Shown here one piece after another: positions 33,301-44,568 of a stretch of DNA of 44,568 bases. The notes below the pieces were generated by a model. The model saw only the letters and a program-made list of their open reading frames with translations, was not told the origin of the DNA and made no database searches. A program made the position numbers and the translations under genes. Source of the stretch: Parvularia atlantis (Eukaryota); NCBI GenBank assembly GCA_943704415.1, contig CALSCO010001252.1:1-44568 (forward strand), written 5' to 3'. How positions within the stretch are numbered: the first letter of the stretch is position 1; every line of letters starts with the position of its first letter.

Positions 33301-36300
33301 GCACGTGCACGCGCCCGAGCCAAACAGGTTGTCGTCGCAGGTGCCTGCTCGCGCGGCGGTGAGCGCGCCGCCTGCTGCCGGCGCACAGCAGCACCCGGCG
33401 CACCGTAATCGCACGTGCACGGCACGCACGCCAGCCCGTACTGATTCGGCGCGCAGCCCGGCAGGCAGATCTTGATGCCGTCGCTCGTCGTGGGCAGCGT
33501 GCCGGACGGGCACCCGGCGAAGCACGTCCCGTTGAACAGGAACGCTGCCGTGTCGGCGCAGGCCGTGCACACGGTCACGCTGGTGCAGGTGGCGCACGTG
33601 CTGTTGCAGGCGACGCACGCCGTACCTGCGGCGTTTGGGAATGTGCCAGCGGGACACTGTGCGCGCACACGCGCTTGTCAACACGTGAACGTGCGAGTGC
33701 GCGTGACGAGACGCACCGCAGCAACGCAGGTTGTGTCGAACAGAAGGTAGGCGGCCGCGCAGGTGATGCACTGGTTCGACGACGCGCCCGTGCACGTCTG
33801 GCAGGTCGGGAAACAGCTGCGGCAGATGTTGCTGTTGTCGACAAATGTTTGCGAGCCGCAGTCGGCCACGCAGTCGCCCGTGCTGCCGCCGGGCGTAGTG
33901 ACGTTGAGCGAGCGCGTGCCCGGCACGCACGCCGTGCACTGCGACGGAAGCGAGCCCAAGCTGTCCCGCACGCGTCTCTCAGCCGCAAGCACAGGCGCAG
34001 CACGCCCAACGCACCATGTGCGGCAGGTGGCGCTGCACGGCATGCACACGTTGTTGCTGAGGAACGCGTCGCTCGGGCACGAAGTGCACGTGTTGTTGTA
34101 CAGGCCGATGCCGACGCCCGTGCATGACGTGCAGTTCTTGGCCTTGCCCACGCTGCAGCGGTGACGATGCGCGCGGCGTGAGCACGTTTCACGCTGCTTG
34201 CTGCAACGCACCATGTCGCGCACGACACGTCGCAGTTCTGGCAGTAGGTGCCATCCGAGTAGAACCCGGCCGTGCACGAGCCCACGCAGATGCTGCCGCT
34301 GAACAGGGGCGTGCCGTTGGCAGCGCTGCAGCTGGTGCACCCCTGCGGGCTTCCGTTGATGCTGCGCGGGCGCGTGAGCCAAGGGAACATGGGCGTGCAC
34401 ATACGCGCGCGACGAACCAGGTCGAGCACGAAGGGTCGCACGACGCGCACGTCGCCTGCGCCGTCGTGTACGTGCCGTCGGGGCACTGGCCCACGCACTG
34501 CTGCGCCTCCGTCAGGCTCAGGCCCGGCTTGCAGGTCAGGCACGTGCTGCCGTTGTCACTGCGGCGCGAGGGTGCGGCATGAGCACAGCAGCAGCATCGC
34601 ACGGGAGTAGTGTCGCACCAGGTCGCGCACGTGCCCGCGCACGGGAAGCACAGGCCGTTGAGCGTATAATTGCCTGGCGCGCACGTGTCGCACGGGCTCT
34701 GGGGCACGGTCGGGTTCGACTGGACGTAGCCGATCTGGCACAGGCACGCGCCCGAGCCCGTGATGCCGCTGGCGCAGTTGCCGTTGGCGCACGTGCACGG
34801 GACGCAGTCGGCGCCGTAGCGGCCTGCGCGAGACGCCGCGTAACGTCAGCCGCCACGGGCGACGGACCTGAAAGGGACACGCACCAGGGCTGCACTGGTT
34901 GCAGGGGCCCGCGCGCGTGGTCAGGCCGTTCATGTCGGTGAAGCCCTCGTCGCACACGCACTGGCCCGTGCCGTCGCGCCCGTCGTCGCACTCGCCGTTG
35001 AGGCAGTTGGGGCACGGCTGGCACGTCGGGCCGCCGTAGCCGGGCGCGCACTCGTCGCACAGGGCGCCGCGGAACTGCGACGTGCAGATGCACTTGCCGT
35101 CGCCCGCGACAGTCGAGTTGCACACCGAGTTGGCGCCGACACACTGCGGGCACGGCAGGCAATTGGGACCGTAGCGGTCGGGCAGGCAGATGTTGCAGGG
35201 CGACCGCTGGTTGGTCGGTGTGCTCTGCATCCAGCCGTCGCGGCACATGCACGCGCCGTTGCCGCCGACGCCGTCGGCACACGTGCCCTGCGAGCACGTG
35301 CACGGCTGGCACGACGGGCCCCAAAAGCCCGGATTGCAGCCCGGCTGACACGTCAGCACGCCCGCAAGCGTCGTCGGGAGGGTGCCGACGGGGCAGGACG
35401 CGTAGCACTGGCCGTTGTAGATGTAGGGCGTTGTGCCGCCGCATGTGGCGCAGCTCACAGCTGGCGCAGGAGCGAGCATGAGCTAGGGCGAGGGCGCATG
35501 CGGCGGAGCGTACAGTCGGTGCAGGTCGTGCACGTGCTGATGCAGCTGAAGCACGTCGCGTTGACCACGAACGTCTTTCTGTGCGTTCGCGGCACATTCA
35601 GCACCGCTGTGCGCAGGCGTGCGCACAGGCGCCACGCACGCCGGGCACGAGGCGACACATTGACCGTTGCTCAACACCGTGCCGCTCGGGCAGGACGTGC
35701 AGGCCGAGCCCGTGGTGCACGTTGCGCACGAGGCGAGGCAGCGCGTGCACACGCCGTTGTTGGTGTACCAGCCGGGCCCGCAGTCGGTCAGGCACTGGCC
35801 CGAGGTCGAGTTGCGGCTGAGGCCGCTGACGCACGTCGCGCAGAACGACGGGTTGCTCGCCGTGCACGTGTTGCAGCCAAAGCCTGTGCAGGCCACGCAC
35901 GTGCCCAGGGTCACGTTGGCGTAGAATCCGCTCGGGCACGTCGTGACACAGGTCTGGGTCGGGCTGATGTAGTTGTTGGCGCGGCAGCTGGTGCACGTCC
36001 TCGCCGCAGTAACGCTTTGGGCGGACGGCAGCATGAGCGTGTTGGCTTGGTTACAAGCGACCCGCGGCGCACCAGGTCAGGCAGTTGCTGTTGCACTGCG
36101 AGCAGACCGTGGCGCTGCTTGCGTAGTAGCCCGGTGAGCACTGGCTGACGCAGAGTGAGCCCTGCTTGTACGGCGCCGACGTAGCGTTGCACGTGAGGCA
36201 GTTGGTGTTGCCCGGCTGGTTGCTGGCGCCCGCACGCGCGCATCAGGTAGGCTCGTGCGCGCGCGGGGACACGCACCACGTCGCGCAGGTCGGGTCGCAC

Positions 36301-39300
36301 GGGTAGCACTGCTGGTCGGCGCCGGTGTACTGCCCTGCACCGCAGAGCTTGACGCACTGCGTGCCGACGAGGCTAAACGGCGCAGTGCAGCTAGTGCAGA
36401 CGGTCGTGCTGTTGCAGTTGGTGCAGGGCAAGGAGCACTTGGTGCACTGGTTCTTGGCCGCGTTCCAGAAGTACGTGTCAGCACACACGGGGCACGACGC
36501 CCACGCGTTGGCGCCGGACAGCTTTGCGTAGCCCGTCAGGCACGTGCACGCGCCCGTCCCGGCGATGCCCTCGCTGCACGTGCTGAAGGTGCAGTTGCAC
36601 GGGAGGCACTGCGGGCCGTAGCGGCCGCTCTGGCAGCGAGCGCAGTCCTGCGACGGGGGCTGCGGGTGAGTCTGCGCACCGCGGCATGACGCCGGTTTGC
36701 ACACACTGGCACGCCGACGGTGCCCGTCGAGCCGCTGGCCATGTAGCCCGGGTTGCAGTTGCACAGGCCCGAGCCCGTGATGCCCTGCGAGCAGACGCCG
36801 TTGGTGCACGCAGGGCAGGCCGTGCACCGCGAGCCGCCAAAGCCCGGCAGGCACTGCGCATGCACGGTGAGTGCGCACGCGACGGCGACGGTGCACGCCG
36901 ATGCGCACCTGATCGCACAGGCCGCTCGCGCCACCAAAGCCCGGGTTGCATGTGCATGTGCCGTTGCTGTTGCAGGTGCCCTGGCCCGTAGCGCACGGCA
37001 GGCACGGCTGGCACGTCGGGCCAAAATAGCCTGGCGCGCACACCGAGCACGTCGGGCCGCCCCAGCCGGGCGCACAGACGCACTGCGGCCGCGCGTGAGC
37101 CCGGGCGCAACACACGCAAGCGGCGCGGGAGGGCGCACCGAGCCGTTGCGGCTGATCCCGTCCAGGCACGTGCCCATCGGACCGCAGTTGCACGCCTGGC
37201 ACGACGTCCCAAAGCGCCCGGCCGTACACTCGCTGCAAGTCTGGTTGGCGGTGAGGCTGCGCCACGGGGTCAGTCAGGCACTCCTGCTGCCGCGGCCGCG
37301 GATCGAGCGCGCGCACATGTAGTCGGGCGCGCATGTGCACCCGCCGCTGCACGACCACTGGCCGCCCGGGCCGCAGCCGCCGCTAGGCGGCGCGAGACAA
37401 CCGCAGGGCGGGACCGAGATGGACACGTCGGTGATCTTGGTGTTGCAGTTGTCGTTGGGCGCGGCGTAGATGGCGATTGAGCCCGTGGGGCCGCTGTTGA
37501 TGCGCGTGGTGGCGCTCTGGAACGTGTTTGCGGCGAGGGCCAGCTGCGACACGAGCTGGATGGCAGCGTTGCCGCTGCCGAGGCTTGCCACCCAGAGGGT
37601 GCTGGTCGAGGGCGCGCTGTCGCCAAAGGTCACGGTGACGTCGTAGTTGGTGTACGGCAGAACTCGGATCGTCCACGACGCGCCGGCGTTGAAGCAGATG
37701 CTGGACGTGCGCACGCTGGTCGAGGGCTGGTTCCTGCGTGCGGCGCGGTGACGCGTCAGGTCGGTGCGACAAACGCGCAGCCGCCGCCAGACGCACCATG
37801 ACCTGGTGTTGGCCGTCTGCGAGATCGACCAGCCGTAGCTACCGACGGCCGAGGGCGTGCCCGCGGCGCCCGTGTCGGCCGTGTAGTTGCTCGGGCGGCC
37901 GGCGCTGGCGGGCCCAAAGTTGACGAGGTACACGCCGCCGATGAAGCTCAGCTGCGCGTTCGTGAAGCCCTGGTTGCAAATGCACGAGTTGCAGCTGTAG
38001 ATGCCGTTGGTGGCGTAGCACAGGCCCGGGTTGAGGCTGCAGCTGCAGTCGGTCTGCGCGGGTGCGGGTGAGGGCGCGGGCGCGCGCGTGTCAAGCCAGT
38101 GCGTGCAGCCGAGGGCGAGGGGGTGGGTGCGTACCTTATTCGCGTTCGACCACGTCCAGCCCGGGTTGCACGCGCACTGTTTGACGGGGCAGATGCAGTT
38201 GCCGTTGGTGCCGCAGCTGGGGCATTCGTCGAGGCAGTCGCAGTTGGAGCGGTAGACCGGCAGCGTGGTGAAGCACGTGCACGTGCCAGTCTGTGCGCGC
38301 GCGGGGACCGTGAGTCCGCTGGCGAGGCGTGACCAGCGGCGACACCTGGAAGTTGCAGAAGCCGTTGTAGCCGTTGCAGGTCTCGTTGCACACGGTTGGG
38401 ATGTTTGGGAAGTAGCCGTCTGCGCGCAGGCACCCTTGAGCGCCCAGACACGCACGCTGGCGGGCGGTGCGGCGCACCTGTCTGCACCGTGAACATCACG
38501 TCGTTGTAGTCCTGGTCGCCCAGGTTGTACAGGTCCTCAAAGCCCACGACAATGCCAAACGGCGTGCGGGCGATGCCCAGGTGCGCGTAGCCGTCCGGGT
38601 TGGCCGCGGCGATCGACGTGAACGTGTACGTGGTCTGCGCCGCAAGCGGATTGTTCGGGTCCATCGGGCACCCGGCCGCGGTGTAGCACGGCATGTAGCG
38701 GCCGCCGTTGGCGATGAGGCATGCGGTCAGATTCGCATTGCTCTGGCGCCGCGCGGGTGAGGCACGTCCGCGCCTCACGGCGTGTGCGCTCACCTGGCAC
38801 TGCCCGACGGCGTTGTTCGGGATGGCGAGGTTGTTGGCGCCGTTTGCGTGCACGTAGAAGCCCACGCGCGAGCCCGCGGGGAACGGCCCGACGCTGACCG
38901 TGTCGCCGTAGTTGCGGCAGCTGAGCCACGCGCCGCCTTTGCGCAGTTCGCGCGCATGAGCGGATGCCGGCGCGGCCGTGCGAGGCGCACCCTTCGAGTA
39001 CTGCCCAACCGTGCCCAGCCAGTAGTTGGCGATCGAGCGCGACGAGTCGGCGAAGACGTCGATGAGCGAGCCCGGGATGATCTGGGCGCCGCCGGCCGTG
39101 TCAGCGTGCGCCGCGCCGCGCGTTTCGCTGGCGCACGTTGTTGTTATCGTCAAACAGGAATACGCCCAGCTGGTCGCGGAAGCCCGCTCCGTCGTACACG
39201 AGCGTGAGGTTGACCCAGCACGACTGGTTACAGACGATGTTGGGGCTGCGCGTGCGTGGTTCAGTGGCCAGCCGGGGCACAATACGCAGCGGCGCGCACC

Positions 39301-40208
39301 TGAGGCTCGGGTCGAGGTACGCCTGGCGAAAGGAGAGCTGGCCGGGCGTGAGCGAGGCGAGGCTGTTGCCGGCAGCTGTACAGGCGCGGTGGGGAAATTC
39401 TGCGTGAGGGCCCGGTGCACGCGGTGTGTGTGGGCCACCCGCACCCTCGGGGAAGAACGAGACAATGTAGGCCTGCAGGTTGGCGTCGAGCGGCGTGAAA
39501 GACGAGTTGTAGACGGCGCAGAACGAGCCGTCCGAGGGCCAGAGAGCGGGCGCGATGCCGCCGCTGACCACGCTCACGTCGTACACCTGCGCCCGCCGGA
39601 AGGGGTGCCGTGAGACGATGCGGGTGCGAGAAGGGGTGCGCGCGCGCACGGAATCGAAGCCGGGCGCGCCGCAGAACGCGGCCGGGTCGGCGGCGCAGCG
39701 TATCGAGCAGCTGGCATCGCCCACGAGCGAGCCGCTGGGCGCACCGTTCTTGCAGAAGCAGCGGTTGCCCTGGTTGGCGAGGGCGAGCGTGTAGTCTGCC
39801 GTCGTCGGGTGTCGCGGTGAGCGTGCCGGAGCGCAAGGGCGCTCTGCTATGGGTGCGACGCACTGAGGAGCTTGCACGAGGCCGCGCACAGCCCCACCGA
39901 CATGGCCTGTGCGCCGTAGCTGGCGCCGATGGGGCCCGCGTTGTTGGCGTCGACGGCGAGCACGGCCGTGGCGTCGCGCGGGTAGCAGCCGCGATACGGA
40001 AATTGTCTGCAGCGCCGGCAGGGATAAAACGTCAGCCCGAGGCAGTGTTGCCGCGACCGCGAACGCCAGACGCACACTTGGGTGGCGCCGCGGGCGTGCC
40101 CCCGCTCGGGTTGAACGTGCCGACGGCGACGGCCGCGGCCGCGTGCGGGCCAGCCAGCGCCGCGATGACCAGCACCGAGACGAGGGCACCGCAGACGGCG
40201 CGACGCAT
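30324..40208 (-). CDS. Giant type I membrane protein (~2,500 aa, ~33 introns): signal peptide, WSC, DUF4114-like region, malectin-like domain, EGF/laminin and furin-like Cys repeats, CGVC repeats, PSI, TM, NPxY tail
   Basis: YRGCY..CAASC...CFC...FCG (WSC); VGFEDLYNLGDQDYNDVMF (DUF4114); many CxxC repeats; CLWCNTTNSC (PSI); TM AIAGSLVALCVVAAIVGWLLY; ENPLY and DNPLY. Confidence 0.85.
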
Positions 40209-40281
40209 TGCAGCGGAACGCGTGCTCCTGCGCGTGTGGGTGAGCGCCCGCGCTTGCACGGGCGGCGGCGACGGCGGCGGC

Positions 40282-40348
40282 GCAGCACGCGCGCGTGCGG
40301 CAACGGGAGGCGGGAGCGGTGCAGCACGCGCTCGTGCGGCAACGGGAG
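40282..40348. repeat. 28-bp direct repeat (2 copies, 1 mismatch) upstream of the giant receptor gene
   Basis: GCAGCACGCGC[G/T]CGTGCGGCAACGGGAG at 40282-40309 and 40321-40348. Confidence 0.85.
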
Positions 40349-40534
40349 CACGCGACAACGCGCGGCGCGCGGCAGGTTGTCCGGAAAGGGCAAGAGGGGC
40401 AGCGTGAGCGCATCGTCCAATCGCAGATCAGCTTGCGCACGACCTTTGCACGTGCGCCGCGTCTTTGGTCCCGGTTCGCACGTCACACACAGGCACACAT
40501 CCGGCACGGCAGCACGAGCCTGCACGCGCGCGCC

Positions 40535-40977
40535 CTAGCTAAAGTACTCGAGCGACGACTTGGCCTGCTCAATGTCCTTGAGGAATTGGTAGAACTGCGG
40601 CAGCGTGAGCTCTGCGCGCGCGATCGCGGGCGGGCGGGCGTGAGCACCGAGCGGCGCCTGCATGCCCTGGCGCACCCATGAAGACGCTCTCGGTCTGGTT
40701 GCTGCCCTTGTCCAGCACGAGCTTGAGCTGCAGGAACGTCGTGCCGGCTTGCCGCAGGCTGTCGGTGCCGGCGGTGACTGTGTGCACGCGCGCGGGCGCG
40801 CGTGAGACGCGCGAGCCCGCCGTTGCGCACGCGCGCCGACGCGCGCGATGGCGCACCGCCAAAGCGCCAGTCGAGGTCAACGAGCTTGTTGACCATGAGC
40901 GTCTGCCCGATCACCGAGCGCGACATGTTGACCAGGTTGGCCGACCACTGCTGCGCAACCTCCTCGGCCTTGTCCTG

Positions 40978-41014
<37 letters not shown>

Positions 41015-41408
41015 GCGCGCGCTCTCAGCCCGCCGGCTGCGCAACGCGTCGTGGACTGCAGCCGCACCGTTGCCAGCCCGAGCTGCACAAACTCGTCGTA
41101 TACGGCCTTGGGCACGGCGTTCTTGCGCAGGGCGCCGCGCAGCACGGTCAGGAGCGAGCGCACAACGGTCTTGAGCTGCGAGTTTTTGATCCGCCGCTGC
41201 TCCGCAAAGGCGTCGAGCTGTGCCATGATCGCCTGGGGCTGCAGCTCGCGGTCAGCGCCCGTGCGCCACCAACGCTGCCGCCCGCAAAGCAACTCGCCTG
41301 GCCCTGCTGCGCGAGGAACGCGTACACCAGCCGCACAACGGTCGAGAAGCCGTCGGCGTCGAAGTTATTGCAGGCCTGCACGCTGGCGCTCACGACCTCG
41401 TCCGCCAT
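40535..41408 (-). CDS. COMMD7: COMM domain-containing protein 7-like, 4 introns (1 GC-AG)
   Basis: GQTLMVNKLVDLDWRFGVTAGT...GTTFLQLKLVLDKG...VFMELTLPQFYQFL. Confidence 0.9.
40978..41012. repeat. Intronic (GCGT)n tetranucleotide microsatellite
   Basis: About 8 GCGT units next to the acceptor of COMMD7 intron 2. Confidence 0.9.
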
Positions 41409-41473
41409 GCCCGGCACGTTGTGTGTGCGTCTGGAAAATTGTCATGCCCGCGCCGTGAAACACACATCGGCGC

Positions 41474-42275
41474 TCACGTCGACGCGGTCGCCCCGGCCAC
41501 GCTCGGCATGCCCGTGGTCTTGCTCAGGTACTCCCAGTTGGAGACCATGAACTTCTGCGTGGCCAGGAGCGCCTCGTAGCGCACGGCCGGGTTCTCGTGC
41601 TCCATCAGCGTCATGATCTTGACCTTAGCCCCGAGGTCCTGAATGACCCTGCGCACACGAGGGCCCGTCAGCAGCGCACGGCACGGAGGCAGGGGGCGGC
41701 AGCGCACTTCTTGCCGCGCGGGTACGCCGTGACGTACTCGCCGATGTCGTGCGCGGCGATCGCGACGACCTGCGCGTTGTCGGTCTTGTCGAGCAGGCGC
41801 GCGAGGATGCTGTTTGCGCGCGCGCGGAGACCGACCGGGTCAGCCGAGGTGAATGAAGCGCACGTCAGGCGCGCGCGCGCACCGCAGCAGCTCATAGTTG
41901 GACTCGTTCAGCCGCGCGCCGTTCTGCTTCCAGAACGCGTCCGAGCGGTGCATCGGCGTCCACTCCAGCTGGCCCGAGCGGACCTCGGTCGCGTACTCGT
42001 CGAACGAGGTCAGGTCGTGCACGTTCTTCTGCAGCTCCTCGATGATGAACTGGATGTCGGCCTCGATGTCCTCGTCCGTCCACTTGCGCACCGAGAGCAT
42101 CTGCGCCGGTGTCGTGAGCGTGCACCGCGACGGCGGCGGCGGGCGGCGTGCGCGCACCTGGCACAGGTTGAGCACCTTGCCCTCGATCAGGCCCTGCACG
42201 TTGGCCTCGCCGCCCTTCTCGAGCAGGTTCTGGTGCGCGGGCGCACGGGCGCGCCGTTCAGCCGTGCAGGCCGCC

Positions 42276-42306
<31 letters not shown>

Positions 42307-43791
42307 GAGTGCGCACCCGCAGCGTCGCAAGCGAGACGCGGATGACCTTCTCCTTCAGGCTCTGCTTGATCACGTCGACGAGGATCGGGACGACCTTCCA
42401 GCTGAAACACCCAAGGTGAGCGTGTGCCCGCGCGTGCTCAACCCGCCGCCGCACTTGTTGAGCTTGGGCGCGATCGTCTTGGAGAACGAGAGCAGCCAGA
42501 TGCAGAAGATGACCTGGTACTGCGTCTGGAAGCTCGGCTGCTGGCGCGACTTGAGGATGTCGATCAGCCTGGGCGGGCGGGCTCGGTGAGCGGCTGAAAG
42601 TGCGCTCTCGCGCAGCGCGCAGCGCACCGGCTCACGCCCTCGAGCGTCTCAAAGTACTTGAAGCGGAAGGCCTCGACCTGCAGCAGGCTCTGCAGCGACG
42701 TGACCGACGCCTGCACCTGCTCCTGCTTTGCCGTGCGTCAGCGAGGCGCGAGGCGCGGGCACAGGCGGCACGCACGTCGTTTGAGCTGCGCAGGCGCCCG
42801 GCCAGCCAGTTCATGAACCAGTCAAAGTCGGCCGGCTTCATCTTGCCGCCAAAGCTGCGGCGGCGGGTGGGCGATCAGCGCGCGAGCGACGGCGGCACCG
42901 GTCGGTGCGAACCAGAGGATGGCCGAGAGCAGCTTACTGGCCTTGCTCGTGATGTACGTGTTGTCCTTCTCAAGGCACCTGCGAGCGTGGCACGCTGTCA
43001 GGACGGGAGAGGGGGGGTGGGGGCGTGCGTGCCGGGCGCGCCGCACTTCATCAGCGGTGCGAAAGGCAGCGCCTCGTCGACGTTGGCTGCGCTGATGAAG
43101 AGCTGGATGCGCTTTGGCTGGTCTGCGCGCGGCGCGGTGCGGCGCGGCACGCCCGTGTCAGCGGCAGGGCGAGCGTGGCGCGGGCGCGGGCGCGGGGTAG
43201 CTAGTACCGATCATGTCGTCCATCAGCGTGAGCACGTACTGCACGCTGTCGTTGTTGTTGATCTTCTTGAGCAGGTTGAGGAACAGCACGGCGTAGCGCT
43301 CGCCCTCCTGCGTCACACGCGCAAGGAAGGACCGTGAGCGCCCGCCCGCGCGACCCGGGCGCCGGCGCGCGCACCCGCTCGAGCAGGCCGTTCTGCACAA
43401 AGGCGTCGCGCTTGTCGTACTCGCGGATCAACTTGAACTCCTCGTCGCTGATGAAGTTGGCGCTGCGGTAGGCCTGGCGCGGCGCGTCGGGTCATCTCCG
43501 CGGCCGCGCGCGCCCGCCGGCGGCGTGCACCTCCCACGGCAGCGTCGAGGCACGGATGCGCGTGGCCTGCTCCTCCATCGCGACCGAGGTCACGCGGTAG
43601 AGCGGTCCCATCGCGTTGCCGACGGCGGCGCCGGCCGACGCGGCGGCGTTGCTGCCGGCGGGGGCGGGGGCGGGCGCGGCTGCGGGCGGCGCGGCGACGA
43701 GGCCCAGCACGCCCGCGCCAAGCACCGGCGACGTCGGCGACAGGGCGCGTGGCGGCGGCACGGCCGGCGTGAGCGGCGACACGGCCGACAT
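41474..43791 (-). CDS. ATP6V1H: V-type ATPase V1 subunit H, 12 introns, with Ala/Pro-rich N-terminal extension
   Basis: QYQVIFCIWLLSF, KEKVIRV, LTSFDEYATEVRSGQLEWTPMHRS..FW..N, AAHDIGEYV, VRYEALLATQKFM; a downstream Met start is also possible. Confidence 0.95.
42276..42303. repeat. Poly-G run (28 nt) in a V-ATPase H intron
   Basis: Direct read of the homopolymer. Confidence 0.9.
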
Positions 43792-43792
43792 G

Positions 43793-43807
43793 CTTCCGGA
43801 AGCTTCT
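43793..43807. promoter_or_regulatory. Heat-shock-element-like nTTCnnGAAnnTTCn between divergent start codons
   Basis: cTTCcgGAAgcTTCt. Confidence 0.35.
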
Positions 43808-43812
43808 GAAGG

Positions 43813-44568
43813 ATGTTGGAGGGCGCACTGGCCGCGGCCGAGGCGGTGAAGGCGCTGTGGCGGCGCGCGGTGGGCCCAGCGCTGCGCGCGCTCGCGCTGG
43901 AGCTGCGCGCGCTCGTGTTTGGCGTGCTCTACCGCGTCTACACCTCGCGCGTGGGCGCGTGGATCACCCGCCAGGCCGAGCGGCGCGGCGGCGAGGGCCA
44001 CGCGCGGTGCGCGCCGCAGTTGCTGCGCGGCGGCGTACGCGTCGTGCCCGTGCCCGTGCTGGACGACAACTACGCCTACCTCGTCGTGGACGACGAGGAG
44101 CACATCGCCGTGGCCGTCGACCCGGCAGACCCCGCCGCCGTCGCCAAGGCCGCCGACCGCGAGGGCGCGCGGCTCGTGGCCGTGCTGACCACGCACCACC
44201 ACTGGTCCGGCCCCGCACACTGCACAGACCCGCGCGCGCGCTCACGCCGCGGGACCGCACGCGCAGGGACCACAGCGGCGGTAACGAGCGCCTGCGCGAG
44301 CGCATGCCCGGGCTGGCCGTGTACGGGAGTGCGCTGGTGCGCCGTGGCGCGCCGTCTGATCACGCGCGGTCTCGGCGGCGTGTGCTGACATGATAGCCCC
44401 GTGCGCAGGACCCGATCCCGGCGTGCACGCACGCGCTGCAGGTTGAGGGTGAGCACGTGGAGCGGTTCGAGGTCGGGCGGCTCGTGTTCCGCGCGTACTC
44501 GTCGCCTGCGCACACGCTCGGGCATCTGCTGTACCTGCTCGAGGGCGGGGGCGGGGGCGGGGGCGAGG
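43813..44568 (+). CDS. Hydroxyacylglutathione hydrolase (glyoxalase II / PNKD-like) metallo-beta-lactamase, truncated by the window end
   Basis: VVPVPVLDDNYAYLVVD, AVDPADP, LTTHHHWDHSGGN (split by an intron), PAHTLGHLLY; N-terminal YRVYTSRVG resembles PNKD. Confidence 0.9.

Noticed and set aside
30900..38400. Repetitive GCAC/GTGC-rich region as a possible CRISPR array or satellite
   Set aside because: Explained by Cys-rich protein repeats on the minus strand; no identical repeat-spacer structure
1..44568. Alternative genetic code, given that 21 of 23 stops are TGA
   Set aside because: TAA (17955) and TAG (40535) also terminate genes, no exonic in-frame stops remain after splicing, and the bias fits high GC
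1..44568. Introner-like repeated intron family or transposon
   Set aside because: Introns share only short signals and GCGC composition; I saw no long shared sequence, terminal repeats or transposase (an all-vs-all intron alignment would confirm)
202..44568. Functional gene cluster or operon of one pathway
   Set aside because: Neighbouring genes have unrelated housekeeping functions

Overview
Very GC-rich, extremely compact and intron-dense eukaryotic DNA from a unicellular protist. The gene set (Bsd2/NDFIP, BTBD10, TBC1D24, COMMD7, PNKD-like, HP1) suggests an opisthokont or close relative (inference). The six-frame ORF track is mostly misleading because genes are broken by about 180 short introns (mostly ~50-100 nt; donor GTGCGY, branch CTSAC/YTRAY, no pyrimidine tract, CAG acceptor). 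Manual splicing gives 24 protein-coding genes, the last truncated by the window end. No RNA genes, transposons or CRISPR arrays were recognised. Most notable: (1) a candidate AT-AC intron carrying major-spliceosome-like signals in NR2C2AP; (2) about 10 GC-AG introns, with a divergent U1-C gene in the same window; (3) intergenic gaps of 12-30 bp, with possible polycistronic or overlapping transcription; (4) an intronless glycosyltransferase resembling viral P13; (5) a ~2,500-aa Cys-rich receptor with bacterial-type DUF4114 and malectin-like modules and a double NPxY tail; (6) shared start-proximal and TGTA 3'-end motifs. All family assignments come from motif recognition, not database searches.
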